This document shows positions 41,047 to 54,299 of a stretch of 64,000 bases of DNA, one piece after another (the stretch's first letter is position 1; each line of letters begins with the position of its first letter). Source of the stretch: Octopus vulgaris. Taxonomy: Eukaryota. The stretch covers positions 174,406,001 to 174,470,000 of the forward strand of contig OX597814.1 of assembly GCA_951406725.2 (NCBI GenBank), given 5' to 3'. The position numbers and the translations under genes are program-made. The notes beneath the pieces are model-generated. The model searched no databases. It was not told the DNA's origin and worked only from the letters and a program-made list of their open reading frames with translations.

Positions 41047-41937
41047 TATTTATTTACTCAATAACTATAGTTATTAGGTTATTTTTCTACGAATTTTCTT
41101 AAGCATCCAAAATTGTAAAGCAATTGTTCTCTGACAAAGCTTTTATATTTTCGAATGCAGTTATTATTTCATTGTTTCGCTATATTTGACAATATTTGTA
41201 TGGATTCTACCACAGAAACCGGACAAAAGAATTTCCCACGCATTCCCATCCTATATTCATCCATAACTGGTACTGCTAACTTTAGTATAATGATCTGGTC
41301 GGAAATTATGAGTAGCTTCCTGCACTTTTTCACCCCGCATGGCGGTCAAGTGTCTTGTTTATTTTTTATGATAATTGGTGCAAGTTAATAGCAGAGCCTC
41401 CCCACTGAATAATAACAACAGCAACAATCTATTAGCAAAGCCGCTGAGGGTTTAGTTTATAGGATATCGTATTTTGTTACCGAAGTTCAGACAATTCTAG
41501 CTGTTCAAAAACATAAATTGCTTAGATGAATTACTCTCGTTTCTTTAGTCCATGTTTCGTATCTACTGATACGAAACATGAATTGGCTCGAATTCTCCAG
41601 TATAAAAGCGAGAACACTATATAATAATTGATTCTTGAAATGCTGAAGTCACAGTCTCTGCTTTTCCATTTATGGTTGGTTCTGGGGAAGGACAGGTGAG
41701 AAGAAGCTGCTTTGGTATTCAGTTTCAGACTAGAGGCTCTAATCATTTCAACCAGCTTTTGTATTGAATCTAGATTCTAGTTCTGACTGCCAGCTGCGTA
41801 TGGTCATAGCTGATGTTCAATACTTCGTCTAACGATAGTTGCTAGTTTGTAACAGATCACTTTCTGGATAGGATCTCAGAATTTTTGTCGCAAATCGAAT
41901 CCACGTTTCACTAATATTATCTTGTATAATAAAAGAG

Positions 41938-42021
<84 letters not shown>

Positions 42022-43907
42022 CCTTATGGATTCGAAAACTGAGTTACTGATTTTGACGTATGAGGTATCGAAAGGTTCAATAATCTTTCGGCTACCAAAC
42101 AAAGTATGTTTTTGCACAATTCTTTTTTACTACAAAAATAACCTCGAAAACGAGGCCGGATCACATGATTTTGAGGTCTTTAACTAATGGAGGCAACCCT
42201 ACCTGTACAATTTTTATATCTTAGAGTATAATTAGAAAATGTTTAAAATACATGGAGTTTTACCAGGGAATGAAACTTCGAAGATATACCATCAGCTTTA
42301 TTATAATTTAGTTGATAATCTTTTAACGTGAAGTATGTCTGTCTGAGTTTTGTTTAACCCAAAGTTGCCTCTGATATAGCAGACCCATCGCATACTTATT
42401 TTTTCTTCCTGAAATACTGTAAATCCGTGTCTTTTGATGAAAGAGAGTGTTTTAAGAGAGATTTGGCTGCCTTTTGTTGTAGGTCAAGTTATCACAGAGG
42501 CACCTGTGTGTGTGTGTTTTGTTGTGGTGGAAAAAGTACTTTTTCTCAGTATATTTTGCACAATAATTTTTAAAGAAAGCTGGACATCTTTCTTACTGCT
42601 AAACCATTCAAGTTCAAATTACAATTGTTAACCGTTCGAAGTCAAGTAGACTGAGATGTACATATAGCGTTATCATATAGAGTGGAAGTTCAATTACCCT
42701 AAATTTGAAGCCATTAAGTCTTTAAACATTATTTTACTGGGTTTAGTCATTCGACTGTCGCCATGATGGGGGCATCACCTTTTAAAATTTAATTGATCAT
42801 ACTGACCTCAGTATGTATTTCAATCTGGCATTTTTTTTATAGATCTCTGCTTGATGAACTTTGAGACATAGTGGAACACAGTACTCGATTTAACAACAAA
42901 CGTAAACACACACACACACACACACACAAACATATTAGGTGCAAGAATGACTGTGTGTTTGGGAAATGTGTTTCCCAACCGCATGGTTTCACGTTCAGTC
43001 CCTCAGCATGGTACCTTGGGCAAATGTTTTCTACTATATCCATAGAAAAATGACCAAAAAACATGTTTATAAGGAAGAGTTGCTTGCTTCATATTCCTCA
43101 TGTGTCGATTCTTCCCATTAGAAAGTAACAAATAATACAATGCGGTTGAGGGTCATAACACCCGGGCAACGCCGGGGTGCATTGTTAGTATTTGATAATA
43201 CTTGCAGCTAGCAACGGATACCTATGCATGTTGATCAACATGGTTGCTGGCTTGTATTCCAGCCATTCACTTTAGATAGCTGATATAAGCGATGTAGGCA
43301 CAGGTTAAAATAAAGGTCACCTAGTTTAAGTGTCTAAATCCTGAGAGAACCTTATGGAAGTTTTATGTATGGCTATCTAAACCTCCCATTTTCGAATCGC
43401 ACGGGAGTAATCTTGTTTACCGTTAAACTCTCTGTGTTACCCGCGATGCACAATATGACATCTCATTTTTCTCTTTCTGATCAGATATGCTCATAGGTAT
43501 TCCAGTCATGACCACCCATATAGTCTATTCTGGCCAGCATTTTTCAATATGTCCTTTTAAAAGATTGTAGGGTGTAGTGATGGATTGTAGATAAAATTAG
43601 TGGGGTGTGCTGCTTCAGAATTTTTTTAGCCGTTGTTTTAATATTGTGTAAAAGGAAACAAACATATAAAAATAAAATTTAGACATAAATTTGATCGGTT
43701 GGCGTTTTAGCCACTGCCGGGTAATGTGTTTAATTTGTTCACTGAGTAACCCCGCGAATTCCCCCTTGCTTTTCAACTCCTCCCACCAAAAAAAAAAAAA
43801 AAAAAAGAAATCACAAAATAAGGGGGAAAAGCTGCCCTATTTTTCAAATCCTGGTAGCAACCTGTAGCTGGAAGCAGGATAATAATCTAATTCTATACTT
43901 TATCACA

Positions 43908-44996
43908 TCTCTATATATTTAAAAGGCAGTTTGTGTGTCTGTCTATGTGTCTGTCAGGTTGTACCCTCACCCTGACCACGGCTTTCAACCGATTCTGATG
44001 AAACTTGACACACACATAGCCCAATGTCAGAATTCAAAACTAACGCAGCGAAAATTCTGAAAAGTTCCCCCAGTTCTGAAAAAATCAATAAATTCGACAT
44101 GGGGTCGAGAATCTAAGCTTATCATATGCAACACATTTTCCGTTGTAGTTTTCGCAACTTGCAATCGATTTTCACCAAAGTCATGGTGAAGCTTAATATT
44201 ACCCTAAGGAACTTAATTCTGACGTTAGTTTTCCATGCAATACCTTACCATCAGAAAAAAATCGATAAAATTATGCCATTTTGGGAAATCGCGTTCAAAT
44301 TCAAGGTGACATATTTTCGACAATATCTTTAACAAATTGGCAGGAATTTTTTTTGAAATTCACAGCGAGCATCATGTCTGCTCCAAGGAGCTAATGGCCC
44401 TTTTGATTCCAATAGGGCCATTACGTTATTACTGGAAAAAATCGGTTAATTACATCATATGTGGCACACAGAGCAAACCGATTTTCCTGCAATATTTTTT
44501 GAAAGTTCACATAGATTTTTCCCTACACCGATGTTGGACATCAAGTTTGCATTAAATGTCAAACTAACGACCTTTTGTCAATGCAGTTAACAAGTATTGG
44601 GAGGAGCCCCCTTTCGCTAGATTTAAGTTAGGATTAGATAGAGCTTAGCTGTGGTCCGAACACAACTTGGGTTCGGGGGGGCGGTGTCAAAAGGGCCGGC
44701 ATGTGCAACCTTATCACCTCTGCCTGTCAAACTCCCAACCCATGCGTTCCCGTCGCGACACCGATCCCGCAGAACTGGGTTGGGTGTGCTAAACAAAACC
44801 AGAAAATGCACTTTGACTGTCACAGATTTTTCTTCATGCATGCAAGGGAACGGTGCCTTGAATGCCTTAATGCCTTTTAGGCTTCATTTTACAAAATAAC
44901 GGTTCAATGAGTACAAAAAAAGGGTAAAAAGGTAAAGGGCATTGCTTATCGACGAAGTTTCTTACATACCCGGGCAACGCCGGGCTATGCTGCCAG
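43908..44996 (+). mobile_element. Non-autonomous Helitron
   Basis: A|TC start, 3' hairpin CCCGGGCAACGCCGGG, CCAG|T end (a CTAG variant); orphan 3' end at 43161-43188. Confidence 0.7.
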
Positions 44997-45317
44997 TTTA
45001 AGAATATAAACACGTTTTTAAGCACAACATACATGAAGCCAAAAAGACGCACTACTTTTCACCAGCGCACCATGGTCAGCACTATTGTGCTATGCAAGCA
45101 CTACAATAACGCGATGCAGAGTTGTTGGTTGTCTATTCAACTGCCGTCTGTGAAGCGCACAGTTCTATACAAGGATTTTTGTATTTTTTTCATAAACTAG
45201 GGGATGGCTACTGACATTAAGCTTAAGGATTATAAAATGTGCAAGTATAAAGAAGGAATTAAAGGGAAAAAAATGACTCACTATATTGAATGTTATCGAT
45301 ATTATCGAGTGCAAATA

Positions 45318-45583
45318 GGTACTACTTAAGAAGAGTGCTCCCGGTGCGCGCACTCGTGCATTCGCGCTAGCTAGTCGTGACTAGTCGATCCTTACCTTGT
45401 GTTTTTGCGTTTTATTTACTTTGTTTTAAAAAAAAATATTTACTTTGTGTAAAAAAATGATTTATTTTGTGTTTTATTTACTTTGCTAGGTAGTAGTTGT
45501 AGGATCGACTAGTCACGACTAGCTAGCGCGGATGCGCGAGTACGCGAGTGCGCGCACCGGGACCACTCTTCTTAAGTAGTACC
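45318..45583. mobile_element. Merlin-type MITE with ~75-bp GC-rich TIRs
   Basis: GGTACTACTTAAGAAGAGTG../..CACTCTTCTTAAGTAGTACC; flanks GTGCAAATA/ATGGAAATA (9 bp, 7/9 match). Confidence 0.75.
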
Positions 45584-46852
45584 ATGGAAATAGGAGGTGC
45601 TGCAGTTCTGCAGCGCCTACACATGAGCTGCCACTGGATGGGTGAAATGTGAAGGCTTCATATCACATACTACCACTTTTAAAACTGGACGGACACGTAA
45701 GTTAATGTAACTGTAAGAAGAATATTCAGCACTGGCCTGAGTGTCACGATTCACTGGAATGTTGCTCACATGATCAGCGAATCTGACCAATTGCAATTTC
45801 GCCTGGAAAGAATATTGTGAAGATATCGACGGGATATGGCCAATCACGTCTTCACGCAGAATAATGTTCCAGCGACTAATCTCTCTTTCGCACCTTCCTT
45901 TCTGAACTTCTCAATAAGTATAAAATGTCACACACATTTGCCACCAAGGCTGAGAGAGCTTTGAGAGAACGTAGAGGGAACCTTCGGTTGTAGCAGAGCC
46001 GTCGTGAGACACGGAAAGCGGCTGAGTCGAGCTAATATCATCAGGACGAACTACCGATACCAACACTATTTCTGTTTCGATAACAAATTAACTCTCTCAA
46101 CAGCTGTTGTAACACTCTTTCAGTTACACAATTACATTACTATCTAACGCTCTCGCAAGAAATAAGGCTGTTCATAAAAAGCAACCGATTTCGTCATTTT
46201 CTTCTATATACAATTGTTGACCTCTGACGCTAGAAATAACAGCCAGCAGCCAACAGCTAACAGCTGGCTCCCAATATCAGCGGTCAGATACAACTCCTTG
46301 CAGTTAGTAAATCAGCTTCAACTACCAAAGGTACTCAACATTCTTACAATTTCATAATCGTAGGTGCATTATGCTTAAAAAGTAAAAAAAGACAGGATGG
46401 TCATAGCTGCAAACAGGTTTTGATCAGGGCAGTGACGTACCTACAACAAGTGCCGCCCCGGTGCGGATGTTTATTTGGCCGTCCCTTTAGAGTTCTAATA
46501 ACGCTTCAAAACGCCCCCACCCCGGAAAAATACAGGTATATATGTATACAAGATAAGAAGGCAAACTAACAACCATTTAGCTCCTTCGAATTTACTTTTA
46601 TTATGTTTCTACACAAAAAATAATAGGAAAAATATGTTAAAGAACAGCAGATAAGTGAATTACAAAAATAAACGATTTACAATTTGATTTTACGTGCCTA
46701 CTTCTTCGCAAAATCTTAAATGACTTCATCAAAATTAATTTTATCTGCAAGGTCGCGCTCTATGGATAGTATTGCCAAATCAGTCAACCTTGTTTGACTT
46801 ACTGTTGATCTGGGGTGGTTCTTGAGCTTTAGTTTAGAAAAGGACTGTTCGC

Positions 46853-48448
46853 GGATCTTTTCATTTTGAAGGCCAGATTTTTCAGATTTTTCTAGTTAAC
46901 TAAATAATTTGAAACTTCGTATACTGGTAGAATATGTCAAAAGAAAACATTAATTTCAACTAGTTTTTTTTTGAGAAAAATGTATTTTATAAGTTTAAAC
47001 GTAGTTTAAATCTGCGAATTTTAACCAATTGTATTGTCTGTTTTCATTTGAAATCATTAACTGCATAGTGTTACTGTGACGTAGACAGCTATTTTGTGAA
47101 AATTTTAAACAGCGTGGGTAAGCAGTAAGCAAACAGCTGTGGTAGATGTGGTTATCATGGCAGTGGTGGTGGTGGTGTAGTGGTGACAGTGGATGTGTAT
47201 GATGGCAGCAGTTATAGTGTTGGTGTTTTTGTAGAGGTGGTGGTGGCGGCGGCAGTGGATGATGATAGTAGTAGTGGCATTGATTATGTTAGGATGTCTC
47301 AGTGGTGGTTGTGAAGATGATTCTGATATTGATAGTCTTTGCATTGAGGTGGTGGCAGAGTCAAAGTAAATAATAAGAGCCCAGTTAACACAAGATTCTT
47401 AAATTTCGGAGATCATAAGATAGAGAGCAAGAAGTTAAAAGTTCCAATACTGGCCCAATTCCTACACCCCAGATTCTTCAACTATTTTATAAGAAAGAGG
47501 TTAATGGCAGGATAGGGATGCAGCTTAAAAATAAATTGTATAACATAAAATACATAAATAAATTACTGCTCCAACGATGTAATTTTAGTATGTGTGTATG
47601 TATGTATGTGTGTGTGTGTGTGTGTGTGAGTGTGTGTGTGTGTGTGTGTATGTATGGATCAAAACAGTTTGATTTAAATTCTGTGGTACTTATATATTCA
47701 TACATACATATACATGTAGATGTACATAACATATATATATATATTGTATGTAAACATCTTTTATATATATATATATAATGTATGCATCTATAATACACAC
47801 ACATTATAAATATATACACATATATGCATATGCATTAGAATATGTGTGTATAGGTGTATATATATATATATATGCATATGTTTGTATACATGTGTGTGTA
47901 GCTATTTAGGATCTACACAAATTTTATATATACTCCACGAAGTTTGAAAGTGTTTAGTTAGAAAAAATTATTTTTTAAATCTGTAGGTCAAAAGGTAAAG
48001 ATCCGGTATTTTAAATTTTTGTTGCATTTCTAATCTTTCTGATGACTAAGGATGGATATTTATGCGTATGAATTTTTTTCTTTTTATTTTGTTTCAAATA
48101 TAATTCTAGGGAACTGAAAAAGCTGTGTACGATGCCAAGCGAATTTAGCTGTTTACGATAAGCGGATGTTTACATTTTAGCTATTTACATGTTTACGTTA
48201 ACTACGTCACAAAATAGCTGTTTACGTCACAGTAACAATATTTTGAGAGGCAGTAAATGATATGAAGTCGAAAGAAAGAATACCATTGGTTAAAATTCGA
48301 ATTATTAAACAACGTTAAACTTAGAAATTACAATTCCGTTTTCATTTTGGTTTACGATTATGTTTTCTTTTGACACATTCTACCAGTATACGAAGTTTCA
48401 AATTGTTTAGTTAACTAGGAAAATCTGGCCTTCAAAATGAAAAGATCC
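46853..48448. mobile_element. Merlin-type non-autonomous element nested in the hAT
   Basis: TIR GGATCTTTTCATTTTGAAGGCCAGATTT; perfect 8-bp TSD CTGTTCGC; an additional related end at ~47935-48004. Confidence 0.9.
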
Positions 48449-48750
48449 CTGTTCGCAGCTAGCAACACTAATGGCACGAGTTAGGAATACTCTTGAAAGT
48501 ATTACAATATTTGGCAATGAATCAATAAGATTATGTTTCTAAATAAACTGAATAACTTGCAAAGGCCCTTCCATACCTTCAGCGGCAGCAGCCACCAAAT
48601 AATTTTGCAGTCTTGCCTTCTCAACCAGAAAATCTTCTCTCTTAATCCTCTCATCAAAAGCATCTACATCACAATTACACTCTTTATCTAACAAAGTGGA
48701 CGCTGTGAGAAAGGTGTATTTCTTTGTAATATCCGTGAAGTCTTTCGAAT

Positions 48751-49609
48751 ATAAATAGAGAATACCAAACGAGTTCCCTATGGATACCGTATTTATTACA
48801 ACTCGTGGCTTGTAAACGTATCTAACTCGCTTTCGCTCGTTAGATACGTTTACAAGCCACGAGTTGTAATAAATACGGTATCCATAGGGAATGAGTTTGG
48901 TATTTTATTTATTACACACGAATAAACGACCATATTTTATTAACCCAATAACTAAATTCTTCACATCGTGTTGAAGCGCGCATAAATACAGCTTGATTTC
49001 ACGTCAGTGACGTCACAATGTGTAACTGTAAAAGATGTCATGCCGCAGGAAGATAGTCCGACTTTATAGCGCTAAGTTAGATCTAGGGTTCGATGACAAT
49101 CCACTCGTCGATGACACTGTTTCAGGTACCTTTGTTAACCTGTATCCAGCAACATGTCGAACTTGGCCAGTATTGATCTTCACTTTGAACATTCTGTATG
49201 TTCCAAGAGGTTGAACAACGGATAACACTCTTCCCCCATCTTTACCATCAATCTTAACAAAATCATTCACCTTGATATCGACGAGCAGACGAAATATGTT
49301 GTGATTTTTTTGGCAACGAAAAATTGAATTACCACCAGAAATGTTTATATTTTATGTGTATATGACTTTAAGTGATATCTGGTATAAAAAAGATAGTATG
49401 TTTGTTTAATTACATGGCTACGTTCTACCTGCTCGTGAAAGTAATGAATGAAGTTTAGTTGTAACTTATGAATGACAAAAGTAGTACCGTCACCGTGACC
49501 TCGGGTCATCACCATGGATTGACCAATCAGAAGCAGCGCTCGCAGTATCTGACATATGTTAGATACCAAAAATATCTCAAAGTGTTCTCACTCACATGTG
49601 TGTAATAAA
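48751..49609 (-). mobile_element. Hairpin-ended non-autonomous element (Crypton-like architecture) nested in the hAT
   Basis: Interrupts transposase coding sequence; ATAAA at both ends; 53-bp perfect hairpin at 48774-48891. Family assignment is tentative. Confidence 0.6.
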
Positions 49610-52104
49610 GGTTATTTCTTCAACCAGTCTATCACTGACAACATTTCTTTGTTCAGCGTCGCAGCTGAGAGCAGCATCAATACTTTCTTCGTAGCTCATT
49701 CTTATCTTTTTGTGAATTCAACGCTCTGTGCTGATTCCCATATCAGAGTGAGTTTCGGTTGATTAGGTCAACGCGTTATCTACTGTTTCGCCTCTACTTA
49801 CAAATAGAGAAGTTTCCAAGGCTGATAGTTTAATGGCACATTTTTGCAACTCCAGACCTTTCGTTTGGAGGTACTTTTGAGTGTCATTAATTTCAGAAAG
49901 TATATCTCTCCAAAGGCCAAAAAGGACAAGAAAGAATTAAACCTGCATCAGATCTCGTAGTTGCGTTTTCTTCATCTTCCATCAACCGTTCTAGCGCAGC
50001 GATTATTTCCGTGAATTTTGTATGTACAACTGTCGCTGCATGTGCTCGACTACTCCATCTTGTTTCCCCAGCCCGTTTGATAGTTGCACCAGTTATCTCA
50101 ATCAAGATATCCCATCGATGAGTTGAAGCTGAGAAGAATGAAAATAAACGGTCCACTGTGCCAAAGAACGCAACTGAATCTACACCTACTGAATCTGCAT
50201 GCACAGCTGCTAAATTCAGAGAGTGATTGGTGCATGTCACAAATACAATATTTGGATTAACTTCTGTGATGCGCGCTTGAACACTGGATCAATGACCTGC
50301 CATTACCGCCGCGTTATCAAATGCTTGTACACGACAATCTTAAATGTTAATGTCCATTTCTAATTGTTTCAGAATCATTGATGTAATTTGCTCAGCATTT
50401 TTGCCTTTCATCTCAATAAAACGAAGAAAGGATTCTTCTACTTTTACTTCCTTTCCATCTATTTTAACACAACGAGGCACCTGGCAAATTTGATCAATAT
50501 GAGAAAAGTCTGGAGTACTATAAAAAATATTGCTGTAGTATTTGCTCTGTTTCACTTCATCGATGATTTTCTTTCTCACTTGATCTCCCAGGATATTCAC
50601 AAATTCATTCTGAATTTTTGGTGAGAGAGATAGGAAGTTGTAAACTTATCAACTTTTACTTTCACCAAATGTTCATGTAGCACTGGGTCGAATTTTCCAA
50701 TCAGTTGAACAAGCTCCAGAAAATTTCCTTTATTTTTATTTGTCTTCTCAACTCGAATGTCTTCTCTATGACCTCGTAAAGCTAGTTTTTGCTAAGCAAG
50801 AAACATAATTATGTCCAAGAATCTAGTCAGGATTTGCTTCCATTTCTTTGTTTCATTTTCAACAAGAGTTTGTTGTTCTTTGTCTATTACCTTGCCTTTG
50901 GAAAGGCGAATTTCTAGCTCTTTCCACTGAGTGAACGCATTCTCATGTTCTTGTATCTTGGGATTCAACTTTCACCAAGATTTGAAACCATCAACTGAGC
51001 AAAACTTTGAGTTTTCACTTGAAAATAGCTTACAACAAAAACAAAACACGACTTGTTTCGATGGAGAGTATATCATCCAAGTTCTCAAGATTTTACCCCG
51101 TTTTGTAAAGTTAAAAAAAAACAAACTAGTTCTTAACAGTCTTCTAATCTTCTCTTTCAGTTTTGTTTTTTGTCCTGGACGTACAACTTCTTTGAATTCC
51201 CAGTTAATATTTTGCAAAGCCTTCGATCCTTGTTGTACAAGGATTTCCCGAATACCGTCATCGTAATTAAACTTAGCAGGCCACATCCCAGTGTCTTTCA
51301 AATTAATATTAGAGTTTTGTTATTCAGTAGTTTGTGGTGGATCAGCATCATCAACTTCATCTTCTATCTTCTTTTCAAATTGCACTTCATTAACAACATC
51401 ATCTCCACGACCTTCTACAGTAATACCAGTTTCGTCTGGACGGTCAGGTCTGATGAGAAATTTAATTATGGCACCTTCATTTCGCCTTTCTTCTTCTTCT
51501 TCTCTCATTTTTTTTCCGAAATGCTGCACCGCTGTCCTTAATTCGCTTCATCTCAAATTATATCAGTGATATCGTAAATTTATATGAATAAAACCAAATA
51601 GAGTATAGACCAAGCTAAAAAAATAATCAACTTTCTGAATTTTATCGATACACTGTCTTATCCGGTAACACGCAATATTACTGTATTAACAATATTATAT
51701 TACACTGTATATTACACAATATTACACAATACAAGTTTACAAATGACAAATTAAAATTTTAAGGAAATTTCAATTGCTACTATACATTATTAAAGTCTAT
51801 AATATTTATATTGCATTTTTATTAATGATATATAAATACAAATAAATTGTGCCGCCCGGGGCAGACCACCCTCCCCGCCCCCTCTTGGTACGCCACTGGA
51901 TCAGGGGGGCTTGCTTGAGGGTTAAGCAACAAAACCAAAGGATTCTACGAATACAACAGCTTTTGTCTTACTAATCATAAAAGACGAATATTTCTTAGTT
52001 TCGTCTTTTATTGGCTGTAATAATATTTTATTCAAATGCATCAATGTACTTCAAAGTTGAGCTAGATTCTTCATTACTACTGTTTTGCGAAGTCCTTAAA
52101 CACA

Positions 52105-52490
52105 TTTATTTCTTTACTACCCAGATGGGGCTAAACACAGAGAGGACAAACAAGGACAGACAAACGGATTAAGTCGATTATACTGACCCCAGTGCGTATC
52201 TGGTACTTATTTAAACTACCCTGAAAGGATGAAAGGCAATGTTGACCTCGGCGGAATTTGAATTCAGAAGGTAGCGGCAGACGAAATACCTATTTCTTTA
52301 CTACCCAGAAGGGACTAAACACAGAGAGGACAAACAAGGACAGACAAACGGATTAAGTCGATTATATCGACCCCAGTGCGTATCTGGTACTTATTTTAAA
52401 CTACCCCGAAAGGATGAAAGGCAAAGTTGACCTCGGCAGAATTTGAATTCAGAAGGTAGCGGCAGACGAAATACTGCCAAGCATTTCTCA
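52105..52490 (-). mobile_element. SINE family B, two tandem units
   Basis: ~180-bp duplication sharing private variants. Confidence 0.88.
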
Positions 52491-52956
52491 CGCGGAAATG
52501 TTTAACCAACAGAGCGTCATTTTTATTCTTTCTTTTTATTTATGTCACTCTCATGTTTTCTTTTATTTTCCGTAACATTTTCTTATTGTCACCAGCTTGT
52601 TAAAGCGTTTTGGTTTACAAACAATTACTATTTTACAGTTTGTTTTCTGTGTACGTTTGGTTTTGTTAGTAGGCGTCTTGTTTCAGCTTTGAAGGAGTTG
52701 GACTTCTGAAGAGTAGTCTTCTTGTTTTGCACACTCAATACAAAAGCAAGTCTGCCCTTGATTTTGATCATTGTCTTCCTTCAGACATTGTTAGAGTTGT
52801 TACATGTAAAGAAAGAAAAAAAGAAGGAAAGAAAGAAAGAAAGAAAGAAAGGAAAACCTGTTTAGATGAATAGGTTGTGGAGCTATCTAATAGGACTCTT
52901 CAGCCGAGAGAGAGGCGCTATACATTCGACGGTGTGACTTATCACGGCATGATATT

Positions 52957-53173
52957 CGAGGGGTTGCTGAAAAGTTCCTGGCTTTAAGGGTGTCGCGAAA
53001 GGCCTGCTTGGAGGCCCAACCTTCCGAGTTATTTTACGTGGCTTAGAAAATCTGAAGGACCGTTGCAAAAAGTGTGTGAATCTGAGAGGGGAATATGTTA
53101 AATAAAATCATAATTTACTGATCCTCCTGTATTTTCTTTGACCTAAAGACAAGAACATCTTAACACCCCCTGG
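52957..53173 (+). mobile_element. Mariner-derived MITE
   Basis: Decayed TIRs CGAGGGGTTGCTGAAAAGTTC/GAACATCTTAACACCCCCTGG-TA; transposase tail GLENLKDRCKKCVNLRGEYVK*. Confidence 0.75.
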
Positions 53174-54299
53174 TATATAGTATTTATTCAATATGGAGAA
53201 AATGGAAAGTTACATCGTTTATGCATTTTCAAGGAAAAATGCAGAACAAGAAAAGCGAAATTAGTTAAATGCTATTTTATGGTAATGAAGCTATTGGCGC
53301 AATTTGTCTCTTACTCTATCGCGCGCCAATATGCAACCTAACCAATCGTAGTCTCCAAATAAATTACGTAAGACAGTCTATTCTAAACTTCAATTTTGAG
53401 CCTACAGTCAGCTATAAAAACTCAGCTTTTCCTCGGCTAAAATATCCTTTAACGGCACAAAACCTCTAGCATCACCATTATCGTGGGTTTTAGTTTATCA
53501 CAAATTTCAATGGAGATAAAAACACGACCATTTTAGAGCCATCGTTGTCATGTGTATTGTTTTAGCCAACAATTTTTGGGTTTTCGTTCTTATATTAGAG
53601 CAATAACTAGTAAATTTGTTGATGTGATAATTTCTCTCGCGACTGTTTCTTTAATGAAGATCTTTCCATGTGTATGTACATGCATATGGACGTGTTAAAT
53701 ATAACAGTACATAGCTTTATATTCAATCATTGCTCCTTGGTATACCTCAAATTAATTAATACCAGTTTGACAAAGCTTTGCATACATCAACAAATTTACA
53801 ATGTACAGTTCATATATGAGAACGACAGTCCTTAGTAGACTTTGAATGACGGATTTAGTGTCTATATCTGATGTAGCGTTGCAGTACAGAAACACGTGTC
53901 TTGCAGTCTTATAGATGACAGCATTCATAGCTCAGGGTAGTGTATTTTTCCACACATTATTTACAAGGAGAATTTCTCTTGAGATAGTTCCTGCATCAAA
54001 GATCTGTCTACGTTTGAGTGTACACAAGCGTGTTAAATATAACTACACAGTTTCATATTATCTAATTGACTTACCGATTTACATTTTCACAAGTACAATT
54101 TGGAACGAGACGATTAGATGCAGTTGTTTGGACGTTGATGATTTGGCACGAATGACTGAACGTTCAGTCTTTTCTGGCGACAGTGCTTTTTGGCGCAGGA
54201 GAGAAACACATACATGCACGTATGCAGAATACAAAGATGTATATATACAGATAGAAAACGTGAGAGATAGAGAAAGAAAGACATTATAATTTATTAATT

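Larger units (their letters stand above)
46680..51529 (-). pseudogene. hAT transposase pseudogene
   Basis: TTF-type finger RTWMIYS..VFCFCCKLF; YYS....TPD.SHIDQ; C.NHSLNL; ETRWSSR; dimerisation motif ASCEQSFSKL; interrupted by two insertions. Confidence 0.9.
46430..51898 (-). mobile_element. Full-length decayed hAT (Tip100/ZMYM1-like) DNA transposon
   Basis: TIRs CAGTGACGTACC/GGTACGCCACTG; perfect 8-bp TSD GATCAGGG (46422-46429, 51899-51906). Confidence 0.93.

Noticed and set aside
45998-46012. CCGTCGTGAGACA, matching a conserved large-subunit rRNA word
   Set aside because: Only ~13 nt, and the flanks do not resemble rRNA.
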